From the NCBI GenBank assembly GCA_964106915.2, contig OZ066919.1: 64,000 nt of DNA; one strand, 5' to 3'. The notes below the pieces were generated by a model, which was not told the origin of the DNA, did no database searches, and saw nothing but the letters and a program-made list of their open reading frames with translations. This DNA is from Podarcis gaigeae (lineage: Eukaryota). The position numbers and the translations under genes were made by a program. Below, one piece after another: positions 50,195-61,589 of the stretch. Each line of letters starts with the position of its first letter. Position 1 is the stretch's first letter.

Positions 50195-50348
50195 TATGTC
50201 GGAGATACGGTCCCCTCAAGAAGGAGATACGTCCGTCTTTCTCTCTCGCCTTAACACCATATGGAAAGGCTTTATCAACATGCAAAGCGTGGCCAAGTTT
50301 GTCACCAAAGCTTACCCTGTCTCTGGATCCTTTGACTACCTCAGTGAG
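50195..50348 (+). CDS. DIDO1: DIDO1 coding exon 14 (SPOC start)
   Basis: EGDTSVFLSRLNTIWKGFINMQSVAKFVTKAYPVSGSFDYLSE. Confidence 0.98.
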
Positions 50349-50850
50349 GTGCGACTTTGAAATGCTTGTGCTTTCTGTGTAAACTATATCTAAAATCATA
50401 TATCTAACTAAATTTGCTTTGTGGTAAGAGGTTAGCTATATAATGTTACCATGTTTACTCAACATGATAGCTTGAAAGCTAAGCAAATTGACCTATTAAC
50501 ATTTTCAAATTTCATTTAGGTAAGAGTTTTAATAACTCACTGTTCAGACAGTGGCCTGACTGCAAATAGTGTAGCAGTGTAGCATAAGAAATCGGACATA
50601 GATAATGTGTACATTGACTTGGCAACCATTTCATGCGGGGCATCTGTTCCCAGCCCCAGCGTGTGTCAGCGGAACACAGATAAGCAGCCCCTGCTCCATT
50701 ATGTCCCCATTCTGTCTTCTTCTGGGTCCAAAAAGATCATGCATCGGTGATCGTGCGTCAATTGGATGCACCTAAAATGGTCACTGCCTGTATTGTATAG
50801 GACAGCAATTTATTCAAAAATAATAAAATAGTATTGGTGCTTTGTAAGTA

Positions 50851-51092
50851 CAATGGTATCTCGTGTTACGTACCGTCCCCCTTACGAATGCTTCGGGTTA
50901 TGCACTCTGCTAACCCGGAAATAGATGCCCCTTGTTGTGAACTTTGCCCTGGGATGTGAGCGGCAGTCACACTCCGGTGGCGCGGCAGCAGTGGGAGGCG
51001 CCATTAGCGAAAGCACGCCTCATGTTACGAGCGGTTTCCAGTTCTGAACGGACCTCTGGAATGCATTAAGTTCGTAACTGTAGGTACCACTG
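50851..51092. mobile_element. Tc1/mariner (Tigger-like) MITE
   Basis: TA-CAATGGTATCTC...AGGTACCACTG-TA. Confidence 0.8.
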
Positions 51093-51350
51093 TAAGAGAA
51101 AAATAGTAGCAGTGAAATGGCATGCTGGATTTTCCATTTTTAGTATTAATACTTCATATCAGTAGCTGATAAGGCACTGCTTATCATTTTCTGTTAATCA
51201 CACTCTTGATTTTCATTTTGGTCTGATGGTGAGAAGCAGTGATCTGTAATAACTGAACACATAGTGAACAGTAACCAGGAAGTGTGACACTGTTAACTAA
51301 GGGATGATTGCCAATGTCATGGGATGACATCAATATTCAGTGAGCTCCCC

Positions 51351-51425
51351 GTTTCCTGTATTAAACCCAAAAAAGAAACATAGTTTCCTGTATTAAACCT
51401 GTATTAAACCCAAAAAAGAAACATA
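51351..51425. repeat. Short local tandem duplication
   Basis: ctgtattaaacccaaaaaagaaacata occurs twice, with a partial unit between. Confidence 0.8.
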
Positions 51426-52576
51426 GGAAGGAAGTTCAGTGTAGCTGATTATCAAGTGTCAAACCAACAACTGCAAACTGTTCATAAATTCCATTATTTG
51501 AGGAAAAGCCACCTTGTTTCTTGCATACATTCAAATAGATTTCACTTATTGCTCTGCTTTGTGTAAGAACTGGTGGGAGGGTGGGAAGTAGAACAGTAGC
51601 TGAAACAGCTGTATATCTTTCCTGTGTATTCAACCTTTTTTTTAAGCCTACGTGTGCTCCTTTTATGGTCAATATGAACAGAGTGCTTGGAATTTTGATT
51701 CCTGTGCACCAACAAATTCTGTCAGTGGAATTAGTGTATCTTTCTTCCTGTGTTTTGAAGCAGGGATAGGAAGACTCCTAAACTTACGGATGTAAGAATA
51801 ACCCTTTTCCTCCTAGTTTGGAAAACAAGTATGTTATGATCTTAGGCTCAGTGAGTTATGAATATGATATTGTAGCAATGTTTATATGCTGAATTCTGAG
51901 ACAAACTGTGGTTAATGCAAAGAAATAGAAATAAGTTTGCCCCTTCAACTATAGATATATAAACACATTGTGCTTCAGCAGCATGTTTTAGGGACAATTA
52001 AATTTTTACTCTATGAAAATAGGCTAGGAATGTTTTGTCACAATTATCAAAATAATTATATATTTAAGAACTTTTTGTAGCTTTAATGTGCAAAAGTATT
52101 ACTTCTTTATGTAAAAGCTATCTCTCACAGTGCTCAGGTGTTACTGTCTGAGCCTAATATGAGAGGGAGCAAGCCTCAGGTTCTTAGCACACCAATAGCC
52201 AGCCTTTCCAGCTCATTTTCCTTGTACAAAAAGTCATGTTTGACCCATACAAATACTGCGTTCATCAGTTCCCAATATCTTGTGGCACCTATCCCCCTTG
52301 ATGTGGACAGAGCATGTAAATAAAAGCAACATCCTACTACAGTGTCAGACATATTTCTTCATTCACAGAAAAGAAACTATAGTAGGGGTACCCAAGCGTG
52401 AGATGTGCTCCCTCTCATACCAGATTCAGAAAGGAACATATGAACAACCTCAAAATGAGCTGTGGTTTGTGGAATTAAAAGAGGGACTGTTTTCTGCTAG
52501 CAGTTTGAAAATGGAAGTGGAAGGATAAACAGAATTGTGAACATAATGGCCATAGCTACAGTAAAATCACAGTATA

Positions 52577-52743
52577 CCGTATTTTTCCATGTATAAGACT
52601 AGGCTTTTTTTTTTTAAAAAAAGTCAAACATAAGGGGGTGTCTTATACACGGATAGTGCCAAGGGTGGACTGGTGATTGGTTGTTGCTGCAAAAATAGGG
52701 GGCTTCTTATATATGGGGGCGTCTTATAGAAGGAAAAATAAGG
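52577..52743. mobile_element. Tc2/pogo-like MITE
   Basis: TA-CCGTATTTTTCCATGTATAAGAC...GTCTTATAGAAGGAAAAATAAGG-TA. Confidence 0.8.
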
Positions 52744-52850
52744 TAACTTCTATTTATATTCTGTTGGTATAATTCTATTTACTGGAAGGTGTGGGGATAC
52801 TTTGCCCTCAAACTGCCCTCTTCTCACATTATGTAATGCTTCTTATCTAG

Positions 52851-52940
52851 GATTTACCTGATACAATTCATATTGGAGGGAGGATCTCACCGAAGACAGT
52901 ATGGGATTATATTGGCAAACTGAAATCATCTGTGTCAAAG
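52851..52940 (+). CDS. DIDO1: DIDO1 coding exon 15 (SPOC)
   Basis: DLPDTIHIGGRISPKTVWDYIGKLKSSVSK; 90 nt, phase 0-0. Confidence 0.98.
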
Positions 52941-53315
52941 GTACTTTTAAAAAATCCTGTTTGGGTAATGGTGAAAGAAATGAACCTTATTTGAAATAAT
53001 AATTGTGGATGGGATCCAGTGAACTATACAACTTAGTTCTTCTACCCAAGGAAGGAAGACACTGCTGGCTTGAATTTATGGTACAGCAGCAACTCCTAAT
53101 GTTTTTCACACGACTCTTTTGAAATGTGAAGGAGACTTCTTTTTTAAACATGGCATGCAGGCCTATTCATCAAAATAGAAAGATAAAATTGTTCCTACCC
53201 ACCTGCACCCCAGCAGCAGTTTGGATTCTTGTCAGTAATTTGCATCTGAAATTCTTTAAGACAAGCAAAATACTATAATGGCTTTTCGTGCTGGCTATTA
53301 CTTCCCTTCCATATA

Positions 53316-53982
53316 CAGTGGTGCCTCGCAAGACGAAATTAATTCGTTCCGCAAGTCTTTTCGTCGTGCGAGTTTTTCCTCTTGCGAAGCATGGTTTCTC
53401 ATAGGAATGCATTGAAAATCAATCAATGCGTTCCTATGGAAACCGCCTTCAGACCAGGTCCGGGGACAGTCTGTCCCCCAACCTCTTCTGAAGGCCGGCG
53501 GGGGGCGAAAGTCTTTGCTTCCACCCCGCCTGCCTTCCCGGGACAGCGGAGGACTGTCCCGGGGCGATTTTAAAGCCCCCGGGAAGGCTGGCGGGGGGGA
53601 GCAAAGACTTTGGCCCCCCCGCCGGCCTTCAGAAGAGGTCCTGGTTTTTGCTCCCCCCCGTCTGCCTTCGAAAGCCGTCCGGGATAGCGGGAAGCGCTTC
53701 CCTGCTATCCCGGACCACTTTTAAAATGCTGGCAGTGGGGAGCAAAGCCTTTCGGCCCCCGCCGGCCTTCCTGGACCTCTTCTGCAGGCCGGAGGGGGGG
53801 GAAGGCTTTGCTCCCCACCGCCAGCATTTAAAAGAGGTCCCTGGAGATTTCCCTATGGGCTTTCTTCTTGCGAAGCAAGCCCATAGGGAAAATCGTCTAG
53901 CGAAGCGACGCAAAAACCGAAAAACCCTTTCGTCTTGCGGGTTTTTCGTCTTGTGAGGCATTCGTCTTGCGGGGCACCACTG
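53316..53982. mobile_element. Tc1/mariner MITE, CAGTGGTGCC family, long GC-rich variant
   Basis: TA-CAGTGGTGCCTCGCAAGACG...CGTCTTGCGGGGCACCACTG-TA, with internal GC-rich direct and inverted repeats. Confidence 0.9.
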
Positions 53983-54289
53983 TACTCTCACCACTTCTTC
54001 CCTGCCCCAACCAGTTCTGTTTAAGTAACATTTCAATTTCCAGCACAGCATAAATTATCACTGACTTCCTGTGAACCATCATAGTAAGAATCCTTACTAG
54101 ATCTAACCCTAAAAGTGTTTTAATAACGAAAAATTCAGCAACCTTAAATAATGTAAAGTAAAATTATATTGATAATTAATTTTACATAATCTTTGCTTAT
54201 TTGATGGCAGTGAAATAAGGCATTTTTTAAAGCTGCACCATCTTTAGGATCACCAACATAACTCCATATTTACTGCTGCAGACCCTGCA

Positions 54290-54612
54290 ATCAGTGTCTG
54301 AGGCCCTTCTTCATGTGCTCCTCCAAGAGAGGTCCAGATAAGTGGCCACACGAGAGCGGGCCCTTTCTGCAGTGGCTCCCTGTTTGTGGAATGCTATCCC
54401 CAGGAAGGCTAACCTGGTGCCTTCATTACCTATCTTTAAGTGCCAGGCAAAAACATTCCTCTTTTCCCAGGCCTTTGGCTAGTTAGACAATTTATGGCTT
54501 TTAAAACTGTATATGGAGGGGGGTGTTATTGTTTCCGTTTGTTATTATGGTATGCATTTTTGTAAACTACCTTGTGATCCTTAGATGAAGGACGGTATAG
54601 AAATTGAATAAG
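54290..54612 (+). mobile_element. L2-type LINE 3' fragment
   Basis: gggccctttctgcagtggctccctgtttgtggaatgc corresponds to the RAFSVVAP.LWN region, followed by an AT-rich tail. Confidence 0.65.
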
Positions 54613-54725
54613 AATAATTCTGAAATTATTACTTCAAAAGTGAAGTGCATTGATGCCATGTTGCCCTCACTTGCTATTTATTTAGCAATAGGTTGGTATT
54701 TTTCCTTTATATTTTTGTATTATAG

Positions 54726-54921
54726 GAACTATGTTTGATCCGCTTCCATCCTGCAACAGAAGAGGAGGTGCCTTCCTACATTTCTCTGTACTCGTATTTT
54801 AGCAGTCGTGGCCGATTTGGTGTTGTTGCTAATAACAACAGACATGTCAAGGACCTCTATTTGATTCCTCTCAGTGCAAAGGATCCTATTCCATCCAAAC
54901 TTTTACCCTTTGAGGGACCAG
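54726..54921 (+). CDS. DIDO1: DIDO1 coding exon 16 (SPOC; last exon shared with a Dido2-type isoform)
   Basis: ELCLIRFHPATEEEVPSYISLYSYFSSRGRFGVVANNNRHVKDLYLIPL...PFEGPG; donor CAG|GTAAGC. Confidence 0.98.
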
Positions 54922-56242
54922 GTAAGCAATGAATTGTAGGAAACCCAAATACTGCTGCCCTTCTATGTTACAACTATAAATACCATACCAGACATCATTC
55001 ATAAAACACACTTCAGTTGGATAAATGTAAAAAGGAAAAGCACTATATACCGGTTGATTGCGGTACGTCCCTGGTTGATCGCGGGATCATGCCCCCTCCC
55101 CCCAAAGCTCAACAACTTTGATGCTTTCTCAACAAAAGCTCAACAATTCTAGTCAATCCAATGGGTAGCTCACTGCCATTTTTTAATAGATCGCAGTCTA
55201 CTGGAAGTTGGACGTGCCTGCTATATAAAAATCATAGTTTGGGAAATTGGGGGACATAACCACAAGAACTTTGGTCTTTTAAAAAGGCACAGGGAGGTTA
55301 GTTAAGTTTTAAAATATTGGTACGCAACATGACATGCTCCAAATGAGCAGAAGTGGTCAGCATCTTTGAACAGAAGCAAACACAGAAAGCCCACGGAACA
55401 TCATTGACGTTGAAAGGTAAGATTGTCATTTCCAGACTATATTATAGGTGTGCTTGAACTCCTACAATCAAAAACTCACAAGATCTCAAGATTTCAGCAC
55501 TGAGCTTGCCCAGTGGTGTGAGGAATGTCCCAAGGAACTCAAGCTTTCATAGCTGAAAGAGACACACACATAAATAAGGTGTAGTTACACACTAGTCCAT
55601 CAGCTGTCTTGACACTGATAGATTCATTGCCCCAGGGAAGAGAACCACTGTCTCTGTCTTATTTCTAGAGGGAATGTTGTTTTTCTATCTAAAACAGTTT
55701 TTAATCAAACAGATACGGCATACTAATTAGTCAGAACTGATTAGAAATAAGGTTTATTTCAATACTATATTCCTGAGCTTCTGCACTCTTAAGAGATCAC
55801 CCTGCTATTTATGTATGTTGTCCTTCTGAATAAATAACCACACAATACTGCACATATGCTTGTAAGGAAATTCTCTTTGGCTCCAGGATAAATCACAAGA
55901 AATTTCCATTTTGACTGGGGAAAAAGACTTTCATCCAGTCTCTTTAGTTTGTGGCAAGCAAGCTGGGTAGGGGAGAGAAAATTGAGGTTTTCTCCTTTTG
56001 TATCTAAAGTAGTATTTCTTGTAACTTTGAATCTTGAACTTCAACCCCTTTCCATTTGTGTATATTGCTGAGGATTCGCAGGAAAAGTCTAGGGTACATA
56101 CTCAGTTTACAGGCCTGTTAGGCATAGCTGTCAGCCTGTTGGAACTGAGATTACAACTTAGAAGTTGTAAAAATCTGACACTTCCCCACAACTGTGCATT
56201 TCATGGTTTGGTTATGGCAAACTAACTTCCTTGAAACCGTAC

Positions 56243-56302
56243 CAGTTATTTAAGGAACTCCTCATAAGCTTTTGATAAACCCAAGCATCCCTAGAGCGCC
56301 AT
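56243..56302 (-). pseudogene. RGSL1/RGS22-like relic exon
   Basis: 60 nt, phase 0-0, ggttttcag| ... CTG|GTACGG; MAL*GCLGLSKAYEEFLK*L vs recalled KEICKMLSPWYDEFLDE. Confidence 0.55.
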
Positions 56303-57227
56303 CTGAAAACCATACTAACATAGGGCACACTCTAAAATCCTATAAACAAAGAACCTTATTTCAAACTACTTGAATCTGAAAAAAGAACCACTATTTCAAA
56401 ATATGGACTGCCTGAAGCATCCACGTTGCTCTTGATTCTGAAGGCCTAGTTAAATGTTCTGGGGAAGAGAAGTCTTCTAATAGGGTTGTGACAACTCAGA
56501 AGGCATGTGAAATTTGTTTGAAAGCACCCCCATCATAATCCTCCTTGATGACAGCATACACATACTTCTACCAGCAGAGGTTTTTTTTAAAAAAATTAAG
56601 AGGACACAGTCCAAGCCATAATTTCCTATGTGTGTTTTGAGGTGAGTCATATACATGAAGCCTATTAGAACCTTTTCAGATAAGTTGTCTCAGTTCTCGG
56701 TGTACGCGGACATGTACGGGGAGAGGTATAAAATCTGCTATCCATATATTTTAATGAAATTTACTGCTCTTATTACATTATCTTAATAAAATGTATTTTG
56801 TGCAAAGTGGTCATTGTCTCTTTCAATTCAGATGTTTTAGTGGCTGCAACCATGTATTGGACTCGGTCTAGTTAGTAAAATAAGTTATTTTATAGTGACA
56901 CGTGCTAGGCTGCTAAAAATGTTATTCACACACATACTTGAGACATATATTCTGTATCACAGGATCAATTCTGGGTTTCAGACTGTTGCTTTACCAGGCT
57001 AGGACAAAATATTTTAACAAAACAAATATCCTAAAGCATTTCGGTATTAGTTGGTATCATTTATTCAGTAGAGCTTGCTCTGATATGTTTAAGATAGAGA
57101 CTACAATATGCTTGACAGTATAATCCTCTACATATCTACTTAGAAGTTAATCCTCTTCAATTTCATAGGACTTACCTAGGACTAAGTTTGGTTTACAGAG
57201 GTTGTAGGTGAAATGGTTGTGACATAC

Positions 57228-57345
57228 CTAGTGGTGATCATAAATAGTAGAGCTGGAGTACATCATGTGAATTCCTCTTCTGTGCCTGGACCATTAGATG
57301 ACTGTGCTGCATGGCAGACTTCTGTTCTACAAGAAGTCACTTCAG
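57228..57345 (-). pseudogene. RGSL1/RGS22-like relic exon
   Basis: Long pyrimidine tract acceptor, donor TAG|GTATGT; LK*LLVEQKSAMQHSHLMVQAQKRNSHDVLQLYYL vs recalled LKELLPSGDVIPWIPKAQKEICKMLSPWY. Confidence 0.6.
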
Positions 57346-57483
57346 CTGATGTCAAAACAAAGAAAGAAAAAGAAAACATAATTTGTACTGGAACTGAAAC
57401 ATGTTAATGTCACTAAACTTTAGGAGTTAAAAGTTGTAATTAGTTAATCATTCTGTGTTTGGCGAAATAAGCTTCATTGCTAC

Positions 57484-57593
57484 CTGCTTTTTCTTCTCAA
57501 TTAGTAATGGGGAATGGAAATACGGGAAATGGATCAGAATGGCTGTCCCAGCCCCACTCCCCGCAAGGAAATCTGCAGTGATATTGTTCCAAT
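57484..57593 (-). pseudogene. RGSL1/RGS22-like relic exon
   Basis: WNNITADFLAGSGAG...HSPLLIEKKKQ vs recalled ALCADACAGNPF...CLPLKSQTIQG; splices in phase 0 to 57345. Confidence 0.55.
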
Positions 57594-58675
57594 CTACATG
57601 AATTATCACAACTCCTCCATCATCAGTCCCATGTGTGTGATTCACATACCTGACACTGCTAAGCAGTAGAATGTCCAAAGAGTCATCTTATCTGACTGTT
57701 TCTTTTCCTACACTGACTAATGCAGGGCAGGGGAGGTGGGATAACCTAGGTGGATCCTTCAAGTATATGGCCCCATGCCAGCTGCCACAATTGCAACAAG
57801 TATGCCTTCTTGGAATCAGGTTCTATTCACTAAAAACCTTTTCAGCACTTGCAGACATTTATGCTGAAACTTGATGAAGATTTTCTATTTTGTTCCACAG
57901 ACCATTTTGACTTACATATTTTCAAACACTGGCAGTGTCTCTCCCCCCCCCCCCCAAGGAAGTTAGCATGTTCTCAAATCTACAAATGAAATCATTGAGT
58001 GGTGGAATCGGGAGTGGATATCTCCAGAACTCATCTCCATACACTATTGAAGCTTGGTGTTTCTTTCAGCAAAAGCTTACTATTTTAGTCAATAGGTATT
58101 CCCTAGCCCAAAGCTAGAAGAATATTAAAAGAAGAATATTGAGTATCTTGGTAATTGGAAGGAGGATCTTCGCAGTGAAAAAGCACCACTTGTACCTTTG
58201 ATGCATTATTTATAATACAATACTACGTGCAGTCCGGATCATCAACATGAGACTCTCAGGTGCACATGTGCCTACAAGAGCCTTTCCTGCTTCTGGAATT
58301 AAGACTTGAAGAAAGCATTCAATTCTAGTCAACAGAATAGGTTCCTGTGCATGTTTGGCTCCTCATTCTCTCGTGTGTGTGTGTGTGTGTGTACGTACCC
58401 CCCACAACTTTTCCAATATGCACATTGCTCACTGGCCCAAAATGATTGGTGACTCTAACGAGGAGCAACATTTACAGGGCACCACACCCTTCCACAGCCT
58501 TTTTTTTTTTTTTACTGAAATTCATTTTCTGCTTTCCTCAAAAGCAACTATAATAATCATATTGCTTACTAGATAGCTGGCGCTTGTTGGTCAGGCTGAG
58601 CACAACTAACATTGAGGGATTGTGTAAACTAGTCTTAGTACTGCTGCCAATTCCAATTATGAATAAGGGACATTA

Positions 58676-58906
58676 CGGTGGATGCTTGGGTTGTGAACGT
58701 GATTCGTGCGGGAGGCACGTTCGCAACCTGCAGCGCACACGCGGGTCGCAATTCAGCGCTTCTGCACATTCGCAAAGTGAGATTTAGTGCTTCGCGTGCG
58801 CAAGCGCCAAAACCCAGAAGTAACGCATTCTGGTACTTCTGGGTTCGGAACGGTGCACAACCTGAAAACACACAGCCTGAAGTGTCTGTAACCCGAGGTA
58901 TGACTG
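58676..58906. mobile_element. Tc1/mariner MITE (diverged, CpG-rich)
   Basis: TA-CGGTGGATGCTTGGGTT...AACCCGAGGTATGACTG-TA. Confidence 0.75.
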
Positions 58907-59042
58907 TATTGAGGTTCAGGTAAAGAAGGCTAGCTTTTTTTAAAAAAAAGACTAGCTTTTTTTAAAAAAAATAATCAATATTTTTAACCTTCATCCAGAA
59001 ACAAATGTTGGGACACACTTTCATTTTTTTAACTAGGCTCTT

Positions 59043-59270
59043 ATAAGAACCTAAGATGAACCTGCTGAATCAGGCCATTGGCCCATCTAGACCAGCATCA
59101 TGTTCTCAATGGGGCCGACCAAATGCCTGTGGGATGCCTGCAAACTAGACCATGAGCACAACAGCACTGTGCCCACCTTAGATCCCCAGGAACTGGTATT
59201 TAGAGCCATGCCGCCTCTGACTGAAGGTTGAATAGAGCCATTGAGGCATGTAGGAGCCATTGATAAACTT
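59043..59270 (-). mobile_element. CR1 LINE 3' fragment
   Basis: ataagaacctaaga...ctgctgaatcaggcca..ggcccatctagaccagcatc is a typical CR1 tail; a similar copy lies near 26745. Confidence 0.65.
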
Positions 59271-59290
59271 TAATAAATAAACAGGCTTAC

Positions 59291-59548
59291 ATGGTTGCTC
59301 ATTATGCTTCCACAAAGAGTATAGTCTCTTTGTCACATTATCCCCAATAGTCATTGCTTGTAACCTGGCTTGCTTCATGTTTCCATTATCCACAGAGGCT
59401 AAACAGCCACGCAGAAGCTGCTTTCTTAAGTAGTGGTTTTAAATTTTATAGGGTTTGTATTTATAAGCTGGTTTATAAAACATTTCTGCCCACCCTTTCT
59501 AAATTAACTAGGTTAGTTACTTATAACCAGTTATTTAATACTTCTTAG
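59291..59548 (-). pseudogene. RGSL1/RGS22-like relic exon
   Basis: ARLQAMTIGDNVTKRLYSLWKH vs recalled WLLQKCIGGVRGMWRFYSYLTG; donor CAT|GTAAGC. Confidence 0.6.
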
Positions 59549-59730
59549 CTGTGCACAAGAGATTGTAGTTAACTAATGCAAAATTGTTTTTATTTCCATG
59601 TAACTTCTCACCTACATCCCCATTGGTTTTAAAACTGGGTTGGCCACCTTGAGGGCAATATAAGTATATATAGTTTGAACCCAGTAAGCCTAGCTCAACA
59701 CTACACAACACTTTTGAATGCCAGCATTAC

Positions 59731-59805
59731 AGTAGAACTGCTCAGTGTGTCAAAAAAATGATGGAAGGAGAAAACATGGCTTGACAGAAGTGTAGATGGA
59801 TTGTT
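59731..59805 (-). pseudogene. RGSL1/RGS22-like relic N-terminal exon
   Basis: 75 nt, phase 0-0; NNPSTLLSSHVFSFHHFFDTLSSST vs recalled TNLIILLEDEVFADFFNTFLSLP. Confidence 0.65.
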
Positions 59806-61394
59806 CTGAGAACACCAAAGTTTATGTGGAGTACCACAGATCTTTGTAAGATTAATAGGCAAAAGCTGATCAAATTGTCCATGAAAGTTTAGGCACAATT
59901 CTCTGCATGGTCACTCAGAAGTGTGCCCAGTGAGTTCAATGGGAATTACTCCCAGGTAATGGTGTAAAGGACTGGAAGATAAATTAATCAGAACAGTTAA
60001 GGGGATGCAAATGACAGCTTCCTTCGGAATTACAAACTAAGTTTTTTAAAGGTCAGAATAAACATTTTTCACAACCATGGTTTTTTTTAATGTGGAGTTA
60101 TTAGTAATGATCATTCTACATTTATTCTTTGCTGCTCTAAAACATTTTGTCTTCTAAAAGTACTTTCCTATTTCATGCAATACATTTGTTAAGTCGTTGG
60201 TTTTTATCCTTATTCAGCAGACTTTCTGAGCACATGCTACATTTTAAACAGCCAAACAATTTATACTTTTCAACTGAAATGCCAACTTCCTTCATTTTAA
60301 GAGAAACAAAGTGAAGTTTTTTCCTATTAAATATATTTAGGGCAACTTAAGTTAATAAACATCATCAGTGTTAAGATCAAAATCTTAAAAAGTAATAGTA
60401 GTGGAAATGATTAGTACTTCAGCTTTACTTAAAGATCACACACAAAAGAGAATTGAACACAACCAACTAAAACGAGAAAATCAAAATAATGCATTGACTG
60501 TCAAAATGTAGAGTAGTAGCCACTCCAGTAATTATTACTTTAGTGATTGTGGGAGGCATCTGATGGGCTAAATCACTGGGATTGCTAGATGAAAGTATTG
60601 GATATAATGCAGAAGTAAGATATAAAAAGACTACAAATTTGGAAATAATGCATCAGTTGAATATTGTACTTGCCCTTATCTTCCTCCAAATGATAATACA
60701 TTTAATGCAAATCGGAAACAAAATTATTCTCAGAAGATGAGATCCTTCATCCTCATTACTTAGCACTCTTCTAATAAATTGAAATAGGCTACTTAATATT
60801 TGATCTGTTTTACTGTAACCTATTAGGGTGTGAACTATCATGGCATTTAACTATTCTTAAGTCTATAATATTCATATACTCTTAGCTATATTCCTGAACA
60901 TTTGCACAAGTGGGCAGAATGGATGGTAAAATTGGAGTTGAGGAAAGAAAAAGCAGTGCGTTAATCAGACTCATTTACATGACTGTCCAGTTCTTAGGGC
61001 TGGAGTCTCTGTTGCATGTATAGTAATAAAAAACTTAAGCGCAACCTTATGAAACAACAACAGTGGTTTCCAGGGGCTTTATTGTTACTCATTTTCCATA
61101 TATAATAGTATGAATGGTAAAAGCCTAGGTGTATGTATAATTCTATTTGTTGACCTAGTGATACTAACCTTGTAAGGTTATATCTCATTGAAACATTTAA
61201 CTAAAGTGGAAATAGCTGGATCTCTCTCTCTCAGCAGTCTATTCTATAATTACCTCTGTTCCATTTCTCCTTTGAGTAATTCTGTATTTCCCCCAGTCAT
61301 TATGCAGTGCTTTGTTAACCATCATTATGACTTACAGAAAGATCAGATGTTTGTATGTCTGCTGAAAGCAGGACTGGCAAAACTGGTGGTGGTC

Positions 61395-61395
<1 letters not shown>

Positions 61396-61442
<47 letters not shown>
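61396..61442. repeat. (TAA)n microsatellite
   Basis: About 15 perfect taa units. Confidence 0.97.
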
Positions 61443-61544
61443 TAAAAAACCAACAACAACACCCTACTCATTTGGCTGTTGATTTGTTAATTATTTGGAA
61501 ATCATAAAAATGCACAGTTTTCTATTACCCTCTGATAATATATA

Positions 61545-61589
61545 TAGTTACTTGTGGAATCCTAAATTTGAGGATTCCACAAGTAACTA
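61545..61589. repeat. Perfect 19-bp inverted repeat with 7-nt loop
   Basis: tagttacttgtggaatcct-aaatttg-aggattccacaagtaacta. Confidence 0.95.

Larger units (their letters stand above)
55300..59805 (-). pseudogene. Decayed multi-exon RGSL1/RGS22-family gene nested antisense in the last DIDO1 intron; 3' end approximate
   Basis: Series of AG/GT-bounded minus-strand exons matching recalled RGSL1 motifs in collinear order (LL...VF..FF.T..S; LQ...IG.....R.YS; FW....NI; ADFLAG; PL......LK*LL; AQK), plus a further C..LS..YEEFL helix downstream, with in-frame stops. Confidence 0.7.

Noticed and set aside
53382-54082. Cluster of 60-140 aa ORFs and interspersed repeats suggesting a gene or CRISPR-like array
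   Set aside because: They lie almost entirely within a GC-rich TIR-bounded MITE; the repeats are irregular without unique spacers, and the context is eukaryotic.
61188-61445. ORF ending in poly-Val/poly-Ile
   Set aside because: Translation of a (GGT)/(TAA)n microsatellite.
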